A stretch of 64,000 nt of DNA from Candidatus Zhuqueibacterota bacterium (GTDB lineage: Bacteria > Zhuqueibacterota > Zhuqueibacteria > Thermofontimicrobiales > Thermofontimicrobiaceae), in the NCBI GenBank assembly GCA_034506395.1, contig JAPDPQ010000001.1:4435-68434 (forward strand), read 5' to 3'. Below, piece after piece: positions 49,225 through 61,076 of this stretch. The translations under genes and the position numbers were made by a program. The notes under the pieces were generated by a model that did not search any database, had not been told where the DNA came from, and saw only the letters and a list, made by a program, of their open reading frames with translations. Within the stretch, counting starts at the first letter, position 1. Every line of letters begins with the position of its first letter.

Positions 49225-51588
49225 GTGACGCCGAGAGTTGAGAAATTAAGAAGACAAAGCCTGGAGACTCCGACATCGATTACAGCAGAGCGAGCGGTTT
49301 TAATCACCGAATTCTATCGATCGCATGATGCATTGACTATCTCAGCGCCGATGCGCCGGGCATTGGCGTTCAAATATCTGATGGAACATAAAGCCGTTTG
49401 CATCAACGATGGTGAGTTGATCGTTGGCGAGCGCGGACCGGCTCCTCGGTCAACCCCAACATTCCCAGAGATCTGCTGCCATACGATTGAGGAGCTTGAG
49501 ATCCTCAATTCGAGGGAAAAAGTGAGCTACGCGGTCTCTGAAGAAACCAAGCGGATTTATCGCGAGCAAATTATTCCCTATTGGAAGGGAAAGACTATTC
49601 GGGAAAAGATCTTTGAGGAGATGACCGATGAGTGGAAAGCGGCCTATCGCGCTGGGATTTTTACCGAGTTCATGGAGCAACGCGCTCCTGGTCATACAGC
49701 ATTAGATGACAAAATTTACTTGAAAGGCTTTTTGGGATTTAAGAAAGAGATCGAAGAGCAACTGAGTCGATTGGATTATCTAAACGATCCGGAAGCGTAC
49801 GAGAAGCAGGAACAGCTCAAAGCCATGGCCATTGCTGCGGATGCCATCATTCGCTATGCCGAACGACATGCCGAACTCGCCCAACAAATGGCCCGCAAAG
49901 AATCTGATCCAGTCAGGAAACGCGAACTTGAGCAAATTGCAGAAATCTGCGCCTATGTCCCAGCCAATCCGCCACGAACCTTCTGGGAGGCGCTGCAGGC
50001 GTACTGGTTCACCCATGTTGGGGTGATTTCGGAATTAAACACCTGGGACGCCATCTGCCCTGGCCGATTCGATCAGCATTTTTATCCGTTTTACAAAAAG
50101 GACATTGAGTCTGGTCTATTGTCTCGAGAGGCCGCTAAGGAGCTTCTGCAATGCTTCTGGATCAAATTCAACAATCAGCCCGCCCCTCCAAAGGTGGGCG
50201 TCACTGCTCAGGAGAGCGGGACTTATAACGATTTTGCGCTGATTTCGCTGGCCGGACAAACGCGCGATGGAAAAGACGGTGCCAACGAGCTCTCCTATTT
50301 ATGCCTCGATGTATTGGAGGAATTGCGGCTGGTGCAGCCCCACTGTTGCGTTCAATTGAGCCAGCAAAATCCCGATCGCCTGCTGAAGCGTGCGCTCGAG
50401 GTCAATCGCACTGGTCTGGGTCAACCCTCGATCTTCAATCATGACGCCGTGGTCCAGGAGCTTATTCGCCAGGGCAAATCTATCGAAGACGCGAGGACCG
50501 GCGGCACCAGTGGGTGTGTGGAGACCGGGGCATTGGGCAAGGAAAATTACAATCTCACCGGCTACTTTAATATGATGAAAGTGCTGGAAATCACGCTCCA
50601 CAATGGCGTCGATCCCCGTACTGGAGAAAAGATCGGGATCGAAACCGGGGATCCCACTCGATTTGAAAATTTTGAGCAATTATTCGAGGCTTATAAAAGA
50701 CAGCTTCGGCACTTCATCGACATTAAGATCCGAGGCAATAACATCATCGAAAAAATCTATGCGCAATATATGCCCACGCCGTTTCTTTCATTGTTGATTA
50801 GCGATTGCATTCAACGTGGTAAAGATTATCACAATGGCGGAGCGCGCTACAATACAAGCTACATCCAGGGCGTTGGTTTGGGCAGCATTACGGACGCCAT
50901 GAGCTCATTGAAATATCATGTTTACGATCATCGCAAGCTCACCATGGAGCAGATGCTCAGCGTCCTTAAAGATAATTATGAGGGCCATGAAAGGATTCGG
51001 CAGATGATGCGCTATCAGACACCCAAGTACGGCAATGACGATGATTATGCCGATGAGATTATGAAGCGGGTATTTGAAGCCTACTTTGAAGCGATCGATG
51101 GCAGGAAAAATATGAAAGGAGGAACTTATCGCATCAACTTGCTCCCGACGACGGTTCATGTCTACTTTGGCTCAGTGGTGGGAGCAACTCCCGATGGTCG
51201 AAAGGCAGGAGACGTACTCTCTGAAGGGGTGTCTCCAGTTCAGGGGGCGGATCGAAACGGTCCAACAGCAGTGATTAAATCGGTAGCCAAAATCGATCAT
51301 TTACGCACGGGCGGCACTTTGCTGAATCAGAAATTTTCACCTTCGCTACTGAGCAGCGATAACGGACTCGCTGGACTCGCCCATTTGGTACGATCTTATT
51401 TTAAAATGAACGGACATCACATCCAATTTAATGTGGTGACCGCTGCTACGCTCCGAGCGGCTCAGCAGCACCCAGAGAAGTATCGCGACCTGATCGTTCG
51501 GGTGGCAGGATATAGCGATTATTTCTGCAACTTGAATAAAGGCCTGCAGGATGAGATCATCGCCAGGACCGAACATCAAAGCTTTTAG
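49225..51588 (+). CDS. Glycyl radical enzyme, PFL2/glycerol-dehydratase-like clade (substrate unknown)
   Basis: 787 aa. N-terminal region typical of dehydratase-type glycyl radical enzymes (RVEKLR...ERAVLITEFYR), active-site GTSGCVETG (Cys and Glu), C-terminal glycyl radical motif RVAGYSDYF. Confidence 0.9.
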   Translation: MTPRVEKLRRQSLETPTSITAERAVLITEFYRSHDALTISAPMRRALAFKYLMEHKAVCINDGELIVGERGPAPRSTPTFPEICCHTIEELEILNSREKVSYAVSEETKRIYREQIIPYWKGKTIREKIFEEMTDEWKAAYRAGIFTEFMEQRAPGHTALDDKIYLKGFLGFKKEIEEQLSRLDYLNDPEAYEKQEQLKAMAIAADAIIRYAERHAELAQQMARKESDPVRKRELEQIAEICAYVPANPPRTFWEALQAYWFTHVGVISELNTWDAICPGRFDQHFYPFYKKDIESGLLSREAAKELLQCFWIKFNNQPAPPKVGVTAQESGTYNDFALISLAGQTRDGKDGANELSYLCLDVLEELRLVQPHCCVQLSQQNPDRLLKRALEVNRTGLGQPSIFNHDAVVQELIRQGKSIEDARTGGTSGCVETGALGKENYNLTGYFNMMKVLEITLHNGVDPRTGEKIGIETGDPTRFENFEQLFEAYKRQLRHFIDIKIRGNNIIEKIYAQYMPTPFLSLLISDCIQRGKDYHNGGARYNTSYIQGVGLGSITDAMSSLKYHVYDHRKLTMEQMLSVLKDNYEGHERIRQMMRYQTPKYGNDDDYADEIMKRVFEAYFEAIDGRKNMKGGTYRINLLPTTVHVYFGSVVGATPDGRKAGDVLSEGVSPVQGADRNGPTAVIKSVAKIDHLRTGGTLLNQKFSPSLLSSDNGLAGLAHLVRSYFKMNGHHIQFNVVTAATLRAAQQHPEKYRDLIVRVAGYSDYFCNLNKGLQDEIIARTEHQSF

Positions 51589-51741
51589 TTGTCGACCTCA
51601 ATGAGCTGTTTCACCTCTTATTTCAAAACGAAACGGGTGATGACCAAATTATCAGACCCGATTTCTATCGCGCGACCAATCGAGTAGCTGTCAGTTTGTT
51701 TTTGCCTTGGCATTGATTGAATAGGAACTTTTTGCCAGAAT

Positions 51742-52842
51742 TCATTGGTAATAGACCACGATGGCCTTGATCAGCCCAAACAATTTTTTATGAAGTTCCC
51801 ATGGGATACCATCGACTGACATAGCTGGGTGGCCAAGTTTGCCGTCAACGGCGATTCCAGTTTGAAAATAGCTCTCGATGAGTTTCGTTTCCGCAGCTTC
51901 ATCGAAAAGCTCGAGAAACTCATCGGCTCGATTCAGACAGAGATATAACCCAGCGATCAGTGCATAAGCTGCCCAATTGGACACTCCGGCCACGATAGTC
52001 GCATCGGCTGCCACGCGACAGGCAAATTTGCCCGCGTGGGCTGAGGCGATGTTGCACGCAATAACACGCCATGGAATGGAACCCATGCCGATTTCATTTC
52101 CTCCATCACCAATGCCAATCGTAAAAATCGGTTTCGAGGCGATCGTTTTGTTCTCGAATAACAGATGAATGGGGGCTGTGTCCTGACCAACCGGAAGGCC
52201 GTTCATCGTGAAGGGCTCGCCTTGCGATTCGCCCGGCCCTTGGGAAAGAAACCTGTTGAAATTGGATTCATCTGATAAATTTTCTTGCTTGGAGAACGAT
52301 TCGAGGGTATGGCTGGGTCCCACCCGTTCGATCGCGATCAAACAGCTCAGACGGTCATGGTTCAAGAAGAAATTTCGAACTTCTTCCATCATCATGTTGT
52401 TGTTGGCATATCGAATATCTTGTGCAGCCACATGATCGGACCGCGACCATTGAGAAGGGAATTCGATCAATTCACAATGATCCAGTTGATTGGCATAAAG
52501 GTGAACTCCCTGTGCCAGCAAGGGGAGGCCATAACGATCACTGATGAGCAAGACAGGGTATCCCAGCCGATTCAATCCTCGGGCCAGAAATAATGCACCA
52601 GGTGGGCCATCGTTCTCTGGCGCTGGTGGCTGTACATTCGGAATAAAAAAACCTGTCACAATGCCCACCTCATTGCCAGGATGCTCGATCAGAAATTGGA
52701 TCGCTTTCGCCAAATGACCTTGGGTCCTGGTACAGAGATTATCCTCTGGGATTCGGTGAATTCCGCGGCACCCCACATCGGTTTGAATGAGCCATTCCAA
52801 TTGCGCAAGCTGCTGCATTTTTATTTGGTCAGAAATTTTCAT
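51742..52842 (-). CDS. Hypothetical protein (possibly DUF4392-like)
   Basis: 366 aa with good coding potential; contains TIGIGDGGNEIGMGS and an Ala-rich segment. No confident family assignment. Confidence 0.35.
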   Translation of the reverse strand: MKISDQIKMQQLAQLEWLIQTDVGCRGIHRIPEDNLCTRTQGHLAKAIQFLIEHPGNEVGIVTGFFIPNVQPPAPENDGPPGALFLARGLNRLGYPVLLISDRYGLPLLAQGVHLYANQLDHCELIEFPSQWSRSDHVAAQDIRYANNNMMMEEVRNFFLNHDRLSCLIAIERVGPSHTLESFSKQENLSDESNFNRFLSQGPGESQGEPFTMNGLPVGQDTAPIHLLFENKTIASKPIFTIGIGDGGNEIGMGSIPWRVIACNIASAHAGKFACRVAADATIVAGVSNWAAYALIAGLYLCLNRADEFLELFDEAAETKLIESYFQTGIAVDGKLGHPAMSVDGIPWELHKKLFGLIKAIVVYYQ

Positions 52843-52916
52843 TCCAGCAGGATCATTGCCTCATAAAAGAACCATCCCATCAATGCTCATCTTCTTTTCG
52901 GAGCAGGTTCGTGATA

Positions 52917-55900
52917 TTATCTTGCAATCACCATTTTTCGCGTGAGCCGTTCAGTCGGCGTAATTAAACTATAAAAATAGATACCGCTCACAACACTCTC
53001 TCCCAGATCATCCCTTCCATCCCAATAGATTGTGTAAAAACCAGCTTTATGAAACTCATCAACCAGCGTCTTGATCTTTCGCCCCAGCACGTTGCTAATC
53101 ATGATTTTCACCTGACCATCGGTTGGGATCTCATATTTGATCGAAGTCTGGGTGTTAAAAGGATTGGGATAATTTTGCCATAGCATGAATTTTTCTGGTT
53201 TGGGCGCTGTAAGAGCAATGACGTTGTGAAATTTTTTCTTGCCGGTCAAGCTCAACTGTTCCAATTTGTAAAAATAGGTTTTTCCCGCCTCAGCGGTGCG
53301 ATCCTGAAACGAATAATGCTCCTTTCCCGTGATGAGCTGATCGGTGAGCCGGGTGAAGTCCTTGTTGGGTGATTCGCTGCGATAAAGATGAAACCCTGCA
53401 CAATTGGTTTCATAGCTAATGATCCAAAAAAGATCAATGGTGGCATCGCTATTGATGCGGCCGAAGAAATTATCGAGCTGGGCAAATTGCGGATAATAAG
53501 AACAAGCCAAATTGCACTTTCGAAATCCAGATTGATAACCATTACTTGTCAACAACTTGACACGCCAGTAAAACGGTCGATCAATGCTGATCCGCTCAAA
53601 CCCGATCAATTGATTCAAGTTGATCCTCTTCGTTCGGCAGGTGTCGGTACTGATCAATTTTGAAAATGTGCTGTCCCAGCTGAGCTGAATCACATATCGG
53701 CACTTCGTGAGATCAATGTCCTGCGAAAGTAACGAATCATTTTCCCAAATGAATAGATCTTCCTCGTGAATTCGACCTCCTTGAATTGGGAAGATCAACC
53801 GAGGGGCAGGTAACTGGATTTGTTTGGCTGGATGAATCACCCAATGGTGCATGACTGTGGTATCGCGACCTTCGACAACGAGCCATACAGTATCACTCAT
53901 TGAAATGGCTGAATTGACACGATAACAAAAACTGCTGTCCTGGCCGATTTTCATAAGCTGCTGACCGATCGACCAACGATATTGAAGAACATCGCGATCT
54001 CCTTCGCGCACCCCAACCGAAAGGGTGAGGCTATCTGGTGGAGTAATTGAGAGTTCCTCTTCCTTGGGGTAAAATGCCAATCGGAATGGGCGAGCTTCCA
54101 GCATCTTGGCCTTTTGGATATACCAGCGATGAACGATCGCGCTATCTCCATGTTCGATCAGCACTGTAATTGTATCGATTTTCGAATCGCGAAAGACAGG
54201 ATGATAGACGAAAATCGAGTCCTGGGCTGAGGAGTCGATCTGATGATTAACTTTCCATCGAAACCGAAAGTCATTCTTGGCATGGCGAACCAGAAAGACC
54301 AAACTATCGCTCAAAACTACTACCGAATCCTGGGGCAGATAGTGAATTTTTTTGCTCTCGGCGATGGAATCGAGCGGGCTGGGCCATAAGATCCATTGCA
54401 AATAAATGGCAGTATCGGCATCGGTGATACTGAGCCTCAGGGTATCGACAGTTGAACGATTTTCGGTGCAGCTAAAAACATATTGGTGCTGGCGGGCTGA
54501 GCGATCGATCAGGCCATTGAGTGACCAACTATATCGCAAACTGTCATGATCCGGATCCTGGCACAGCACTTGAAATTGAATGCTATCGCTTTTGACGATG
54601 AACGAATCAAGCGGGGGAGAACAATACCGGATTTGAGGTGCTCGATTTGGCCGCACTTTTGTGCTTACAATCCAGCGATGCGTCATGGAGCTATCCTGAT
54701 CCGCAATTTCGACTACAATCGTATCTAGGACTGTCGATTTATCCCCTTTGATAAATTTGTAGCTTGGCTCAACGGCAATGTTATCTTTCTTGCCATTGAT
54801 CAACCAACGCCAGTGATATTTCCCTCTCGCAACAGAATCAGCTAAAACCGATAGGATCAGAGTATCCCCAAATGCAATAGTCGTGTCAGATTGGGGCAGA
54901 AATCGCAAATCATTCAGGAGCCGGCGCGCCACGATCAAATCTACGATCCATTGATGTCTTAAGGTGGTATCTGAGGCAATAATGGTCACTGCAATAACAT
55001 TCTTGCCGGAGACGAGGGAATCGGAGGGGATCAATACCCAAGGATTTATGCTTGGTGCAAAAATTCTCTCATTAACCTGCCAGCGAAAAGAGAGCGAATC
55101 GACATCGGACGAGAACGTTTGTATTGAACATTTGAGCCGATCACCTATCCTTATGGTTGTATCTGATTTGGGGAATGTCCCAACAATAGCGATCTTGTTG
55201 GCGCTTTTCTGAGGCCACAAAATCCAGGAATGAATCAGAGTAGTGTCTTCATCAAAATGTCTGATTTTTACCGTGATGGTATCATTGGGTTTCTGTTCGA
55301 ACTGGTATGATTGAAAGGCAATTCGATTCGAATCATTCGAAATGGGCTTTCTATTCAACAGCCATTGAAATGAATATTTTTCTGAATCAATTGGCACGAC
55401 AGCAAAAGATATCGACGCCCCTTTTAAGATTGATGTATCTTGGGAGGGAAAAAATTGGAATAGGGATCGCAGCTCGGGATGAACAAACACAACATTGGAT
55501 CTTGTGATTTCATGAGCGACCGAATCAAAAGCAGAGATATAATACCAGTAGCGCTGATTCGGATTGGTGTTGACGTCTGTGAAAAGAGTATCCGAAGCCG
55601 GGAATTGAGAGATGGGTCGAAACGATCGCTGATGCTCCTCTTTTCGGAAGAGACAATAGCCCGCAAACTCAGGATCGCCAGTCCACTGCAAACTTGGAGG
55701 AAATCGATTAACGATTGTTAAACTGGGTGGTTGGATAATTCGGTTTATGAACGTAAACTCTTTCTCACAACGAAAACCCTCTTGTGTTGATATTTCGAGC
55801 ACAAGTCTGGCTTTATAGCCATGCGGACAATCGCCATTCATCGTTAATATCATCGGCGCCAATTCGTTGGTGAATTCCTGATTGTATTCCAATACAGGAA

Positions 55901-57449
55901 GAGTCACGTTCGAATTTTCGATGGCGACTTGAAGATCGCGGCTGAAGAGTTGCATCGATATCCCATGGGCAGTTGAAGAGAGATTTTTGATCTTGAACCA
56001 GATTGGAACCGAAAGACAATTTGATTTATGATCTTTTTCGCCAGATAGATCAAACTGGATTTGTCGAACGACGATATTCGGCAGGAATTGGGAATTGACC
56101 GCACGGAAGAAATTGATTCTCCCAGCTCCCAGTTGGCCATAATAACCAGAGTTTTTCTGATAAATATTGTCACTGCTCCATAGAATTCTTTTCTTCAAGC
56201 TGTCGGTGGTGATGATTTTTTCATTGGACAACAATATCCCAGCTAAGCAAGTGACATGGGCAGCGGCGATGGATGTGGGTGAAGGCCAATATTTAATCGA
56301 ATCTGTTGCACTGATGGATGCGAAAAGCTGAGCAGGGGCAGCCAGATCGATCCAGGGCCCGAAATTGCCGGATGAAATTTTTTGGTCATATTGATCTGTT
56401 GCCGTGACTGACCAGACCTCAGGAAAGGCGGCTGGATAAGCCGGCGCTTGGGCAAAATAATCTCCAGCAGCAGAGATGATCACCACATCGCGCTTGGCAG
56501 CGTATCGGATTGCGTGGTGAAGCAATCGAGAGGAATCTTCTCCAGCCCAACTCAAACATATAACTCGAGCGCCGTGATTAGCCGCGTAGACGATCGCTTG
56601 GGCTGCTGCAGCAGCGGGTACCAAGATTTTGCCTTGTCGCGTCAACAAACCTGCTTTCAACGCCATCAGCGTCAATCGACCTCCTGAGCGAAAACTCGTC
56701 CAATTAAGCAGCGGCTGCATGATCATTCTTGCCAGAGAAGTTCCGTGTCCTGACTCGTCAATGGATTGATTGGTCCAATCGATCCCGTATCGGACCATCA
56801 TTTCCCTGGGCACAAAATTCCAGCCACAAAGATCATCAACCAGGCCATTGCCATCATTATCTTTTCCATCAGCCTTTTCTAGCCGGTTATGCCAGAGAAT
56901 TTCGCTCAAATGGGGATCGGTCTGATCGACCCCAGCATCGATACTGGCAATTGTCAGCGAATATTTTGGGCTCAGCTTTTCTAACAGATCGATTGTTTGC
57001 ATTTCCAACGGCATAACGATCGGCGGATTCGTCGTCACTTCCGCATAATAAAAATAATTGTAATCGACCCAATCAACATCTTTTAATTTTTCATAACTGC
57101 TCCTGATCCTCGAGGCCGCGATCCCGTTGGAAAATCGCAACAAATAACAGCGATCCAGAGGATTTCCATTAATCGGTCCTCTGCTGAACAACGGAATTAT
57201 CTCTTTTAACCGATAAATCGCGTTAAGAGAATCTAATTGAAAAACTCCAGTCAAAAATGGCGACTTGCTCAGATTGATTTTCAATGGAGACTTCAATCGA
57301 ATAATGAGTTCGTTACGCGCATATTGCTCTGATATTACGGAAGGCTGAGCATAAACGACTTGCGGAACGATAAAAAGTTGGCGGGGCGCTAAGATGGAAA
57401 TACTCAGCACAATAAATCCAGCTATAATTTTTATACCAACCTTCTTCAT
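52917..57449 (-). CDS. Subtilisin-like S8 serine protease with I9 pro-domain, about eight tandem ~100-aa repeats and a C-terminal T9SS (Por) sorting domain
   Basis: Signal peptide; catalytic triad motifs IASIDAGVD, GHGTSLA, SPTSIAAAHV; a long repetitive C-terminal half with the recurring pattern [FY]xWxxNG....Y.F....D.I.V.I.D.D....H.W.I; the last ~75 aa (...TSIKYEIPTDGQVKIMISNVLGRKIKTLVDE.HKAGFYTIYWDGRDDLGESVVSGIYFYSLIT...TRKMV) match the T9SS C-terminal domain. Confidence 0.8.
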   Translation of the reverse strand: MKKVGIKIIAGFIVLSISILAPRQLFIVPQVVYAQPSVISEQYARNELIIRLKSPLKINLSKSPFLTGVFQLDSLNAIYRLKEIIPLFSRGPINGNPLDRCYLLRFSNGIAASRIRSSYEKLKDVDWVDYNYFYYAEVTTNPPIVMPLEMQTIDLLEKLSPKYSLTIASIDAGVDQTDPHLSEILWHNRLEKADGKDNDGNGLVDDLCGWNFVPREMMVRYGIDWTNQSIDESGHGTSLARMIMQPLLNWTSFRSGGRLTLMALKAGLLTRQGKILVPAAAAAQAIVYAANHGARVICLSWAGEDSSRLLHHAIRYAAKRDVVIISAAGDYFAQAPAYPAAFPEVWSVTATDQYDQKISSGNFGPWIDLAAPAQLFASISATDSIKYWPSPTSIAAAHVTCLAGILLSNEKIITTDSLKKRILWSSDNIYQKNSGYYGQLGAGRINFFRAVNSQFLPNIVVRQIQFDLSGEKDHKSNCLSVPIWFKIKNLSSTAHGISMQLFSRDLQVAIENSNVTLPVLEYNQEFTNELAPMILTMNGDCPHGYKARLVLEISTQEGFRCEKEFTFINRIIQPPSLTIVNRFPPSLQWTGDPEFAGYCLFRKEEHQRSFRPISQFPASDTLFTDVNTNPNQRYWYYISAFDSVAHEITRSNVVFVHPELRSLFQFFPSQDTSILKGASISFAVVPIDSEKYSFQWLLNRKPISNDSNRIAFQSYQFEQKPNDTITVKIRHFDEDTTLIHSWILWPQKSANKIAIVGTFPKSDTTIRIGDRLKCSIQTFSSDVDSLSFRWQVNERIFAPSINPWVLIPSDSLVSGKNVIAVTIIASDTTLRHQWIVDLIVARRLLNDLRFLPQSDTTIAFGDTLILSVLADSVARGKYHWRWLINGKKDNIAVEPSYKFIKGDKSTVLDTIVVEIADQDSSMTHRWIVSTKVRPNRAPQIRYCSPPLDSFIVKSDSIQFQVLCQDPDHDSLRYSWSLNGLIDRSARQHQYVFSCTENRSTVDTLRLSITDADTAIYLQWILWPSPLDSIAESKKIHYLPQDSVVVLSDSLVFLVRHAKNDFRFRWKVNHQIDSSAQDSIFVYHPVFRDSKIDTITVLIEHGDSAIVHRWYIQKAKMLEARPFRLAFYPKEEELSITPPDSLTLSVGVREGDRDVLQYRWSIGQQLMKIGQDSSFCYRVNSAISMSDTVWLVVEGRDTTVMHHWVIHPAKQIQLPAPRLIFPIQGGRIHEEDLFIWENDSLLSQDIDLTKCRYVIQLSWDSTFSKLISTDTCRTKRINLNQLIGFERISIDRPFYWRVKLLTSNGYQSGFRKCNLACSYYPQFAQLDNFFGRINSDATIDLFWIISYETNCAGFHLYRSESPNKDFTRLTDQLITGKEHYSFQDRTAEAGKTYFYKLEQLSLTGKKKFHNVIALTAPKPEKFMLWQNYPNPFNTQTSIKYEIPTDGQVKIMISNVLGRKIKTLVDEFHKAGFYTIYWDGRDDLGESVVSGIYFYSLITPTERLTRKMVIAR

Positions 57450-58337
57450 CGCAACCCTTTGCTCTGCTGCAGTGCTTCAGGATGGATTTCTGGAGAAACC
57501 GATTGAAGATCTATCTGAGATAGGATTAAAATGATGTTTAGAAGAAAAATTAGGTCGTATCAAATCTTCAATAACAATTTCTCCAAAATTATTTTTCTTT
57601 CGATGATTTGTAAAGTCTTTGGGTTCAGCAATCTCTTTTCATTGCTATCTTTTCTCCAAAACTTTACGAGCTTTTCAATGAGCGTTTCTTTTTCTCATTG
57701 AAGGTCTAATCATTTTCCCTCTGTCTTGATCTGAGCTACCCCCTCTCCTAAAGGATTGGCCAGCATTGAATCGTCATCCTTGAATGAAGCCATTTGGCGC
57801 CCATTTTATTTCGAAAAATAGCTCCCGAATCATCACGCTATTTATATACCAATTAGTTTGGATATTGTCAAGTAGTTTGTTAGTTTAAAGCAAAAAATGA
57901 TCAATCAAACCTATCTGCCTATCGATCACGAAAATTTCGATTTGCTGCAACCATTTTAAGAGAGATCAAACCAACCTCTCTCATTCGTCCTTCTTAATAG
58001 AATTACTGCATGCAATTTTCATTTGTTCCAAAGGAGAGGGGTTATGTTTGAGGGTTTACCAAGATGTTGATTCAACCAATGCTTTCTTACACATTTTTTT
58101 TCACTAAACCACTTTCTCAAGCTGAAGGATTAATAGATTGCCTGATCCCCAATATGCGGGTGAATCGCGAGCCTAACCCAATCTAAATTGCATTCCCTTC
58201 TTGGAAAGCTGAAATTAACGAGGTCATCCACTCCGATTGCATGATTGCAAATGATAATTTTTCTAAAAGGGAGAAGTTCGTTGCTTCTTAAAGCACCTTT
58301 GCGCCCTTTTCCGCTTGATATTTGACAAAATTTTCTA

Positions 58338-58366
58338 TTGACATTCTTGATATTTTTTCTTATATT
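58338..58366 (+). promoter_or_regulatory. Sigma-70-like promoter candidate (TTGACA-N17-TATATT) upstream of rpsT
   Basis: Exact TTGACA at 58338-58343, a 17-nt spacer, then TATATT at 58361-58366; 48 nt upstream of the rpsT ATG; AAGGAG RBS at 58403. Confidence 0.4.
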
Positions 58367-58413
58367 CTGCCTGCCTTAATGATAATGAATTAAAATTTAA
58401 AACGAAGGAGTCT

Positions 58414-58671
58414 ATGGCACATCATAAATCGGCAATCAAGCGGATAAAAACCAGCCGAAAACAGAATCAACGCAATGTGAGCTATAAATCTCAGATGAAG
58501 ACCGTAATAAAGAAGGTATTGGGCATTAAAGATAAAGATGCGGTTCAGAATGAGGTGAAAAAGGCATATAAGCTGTTGGATAAGCTAGCAGCAAAGGGGA
58601 TTATACATAAAAATAAAGCTGCAAATAAAAAGTCCAAATTAGCTAGACATGCTAACAAAATAGCTGCATAA
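58414..58671 (+). CDS. rpsT: 30S ribosomal protein S20
   Basis: MAHHKSAIKRIKTSRKQNQRN.SYKSQMKT.IKKV... is characteristic of S20. Confidence 0.9.
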   Translation: MAHHKSAIKRIKTSRKQNQRNVSYKSQMKTVIKKVLGIKDKDAVQNEVKKAYKLLDKLAAKGIIHKNKAANKKSKLARHANKIAA

Positions 58672-58751
58672 TTTGATATTTCATTTTTCTTTTGAAATCT
58701 ATCTACGACTGGCATTAGATCTGATCAACAATCAGATCATGAAAAGCTGAG

Positions 58752-58825
58752 GCCGGAGTGGCTAGCCAAAACCGGTAACTCCCCCTAATCCCGGGATGGC
58801 ATTATAACTCCGGTCTCTTTTTTTT
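58752..58825 (+). terminator. Putative intrinsic terminator or structured 3' element downstream of rpsT
   Basis: A 7-bp stem CCGGAGU/ACUCCGG (58753-58759 with 58807-58813) encloses a ~47-nt internally palindromic loop (TGGCTAGCCA, CCCGGG) and is followed by a T8 run. A separate perfect 8-bp hairpin GATCTGAT-CAACA-ATCAGATC lies at 58718-58738. Confidence 0.4.
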
Positions 58826-58988
58826 GTCTATAAGGGTTTTGCAAATATTCAATCTACAGGATAACAATCATGCCTTAAAACAAAGGGCAACCAATCATTT
58901 CACTGCCTGCCTCAGAATGCGACAAAAAGGGGTCCCGCCTAATCAACACACCTTCCTTGAATATGCAATTTTGCTGTCCTCAATTCTT

Positions 58989-60473
<1,485 letters not shown>

Positions 60474-61076
60474 TCAAAACTAATTAAAATTTATCGATTG
60501 AAAGCATTCCTAACGAGCAATCTTTTTTATTTAAGCTGCCGTTAACTCTTCAAAAGCAAATTTGATCAATCAATTCGGCTGAACCATCAGGAGATAATCG
60601 AACCAAGCAGAATTCACCGAATTCTTCCTTTGGTTCAACCTTCATTTTTTTTTGATGGGCCTTCTATAAAAATAAAGTTGTCCAATAATACTAAATATTT
60701 TGCTCAGAGTCAACTATTTTTCAGCAATCTCTCAGTTGACACGTTCAATGACATCCGTTTATCGACCATAATAGGGATCACTCAATATATTAAGACGGTT
60801 TTAAACAACTCGCTCACAATCAACTGGAATAACCGATCCATGACGCTAAATAAAAACCTCAAAGAAGGGCATATTGAAAAAGGAGATGTACTGGTCTCAA
60901 TTCACCTCAACTACAAGCGACCAAGATTATCAATCATGGAAGAAATTCTGCAAAATCTGCCTAGTGAGAAGCAGGCGATGATGAGATAGGCTTGATTCAA
61001 AATTTAGTATTGATTTATTCGGAAAATTTTCCTATTATTGGTGACTTTAAAAAGTAATTAGTAGCGGTACAAGGTA

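Noticed and set aside
60630-60989. 119-aa ORF in the AT-rich divergent region between guaB and lepA
   Set aside because: Asn/Ile/Lys-rich composition reflecting AT-rich DNA, no RBS, no motifs; more likely a promoter region.
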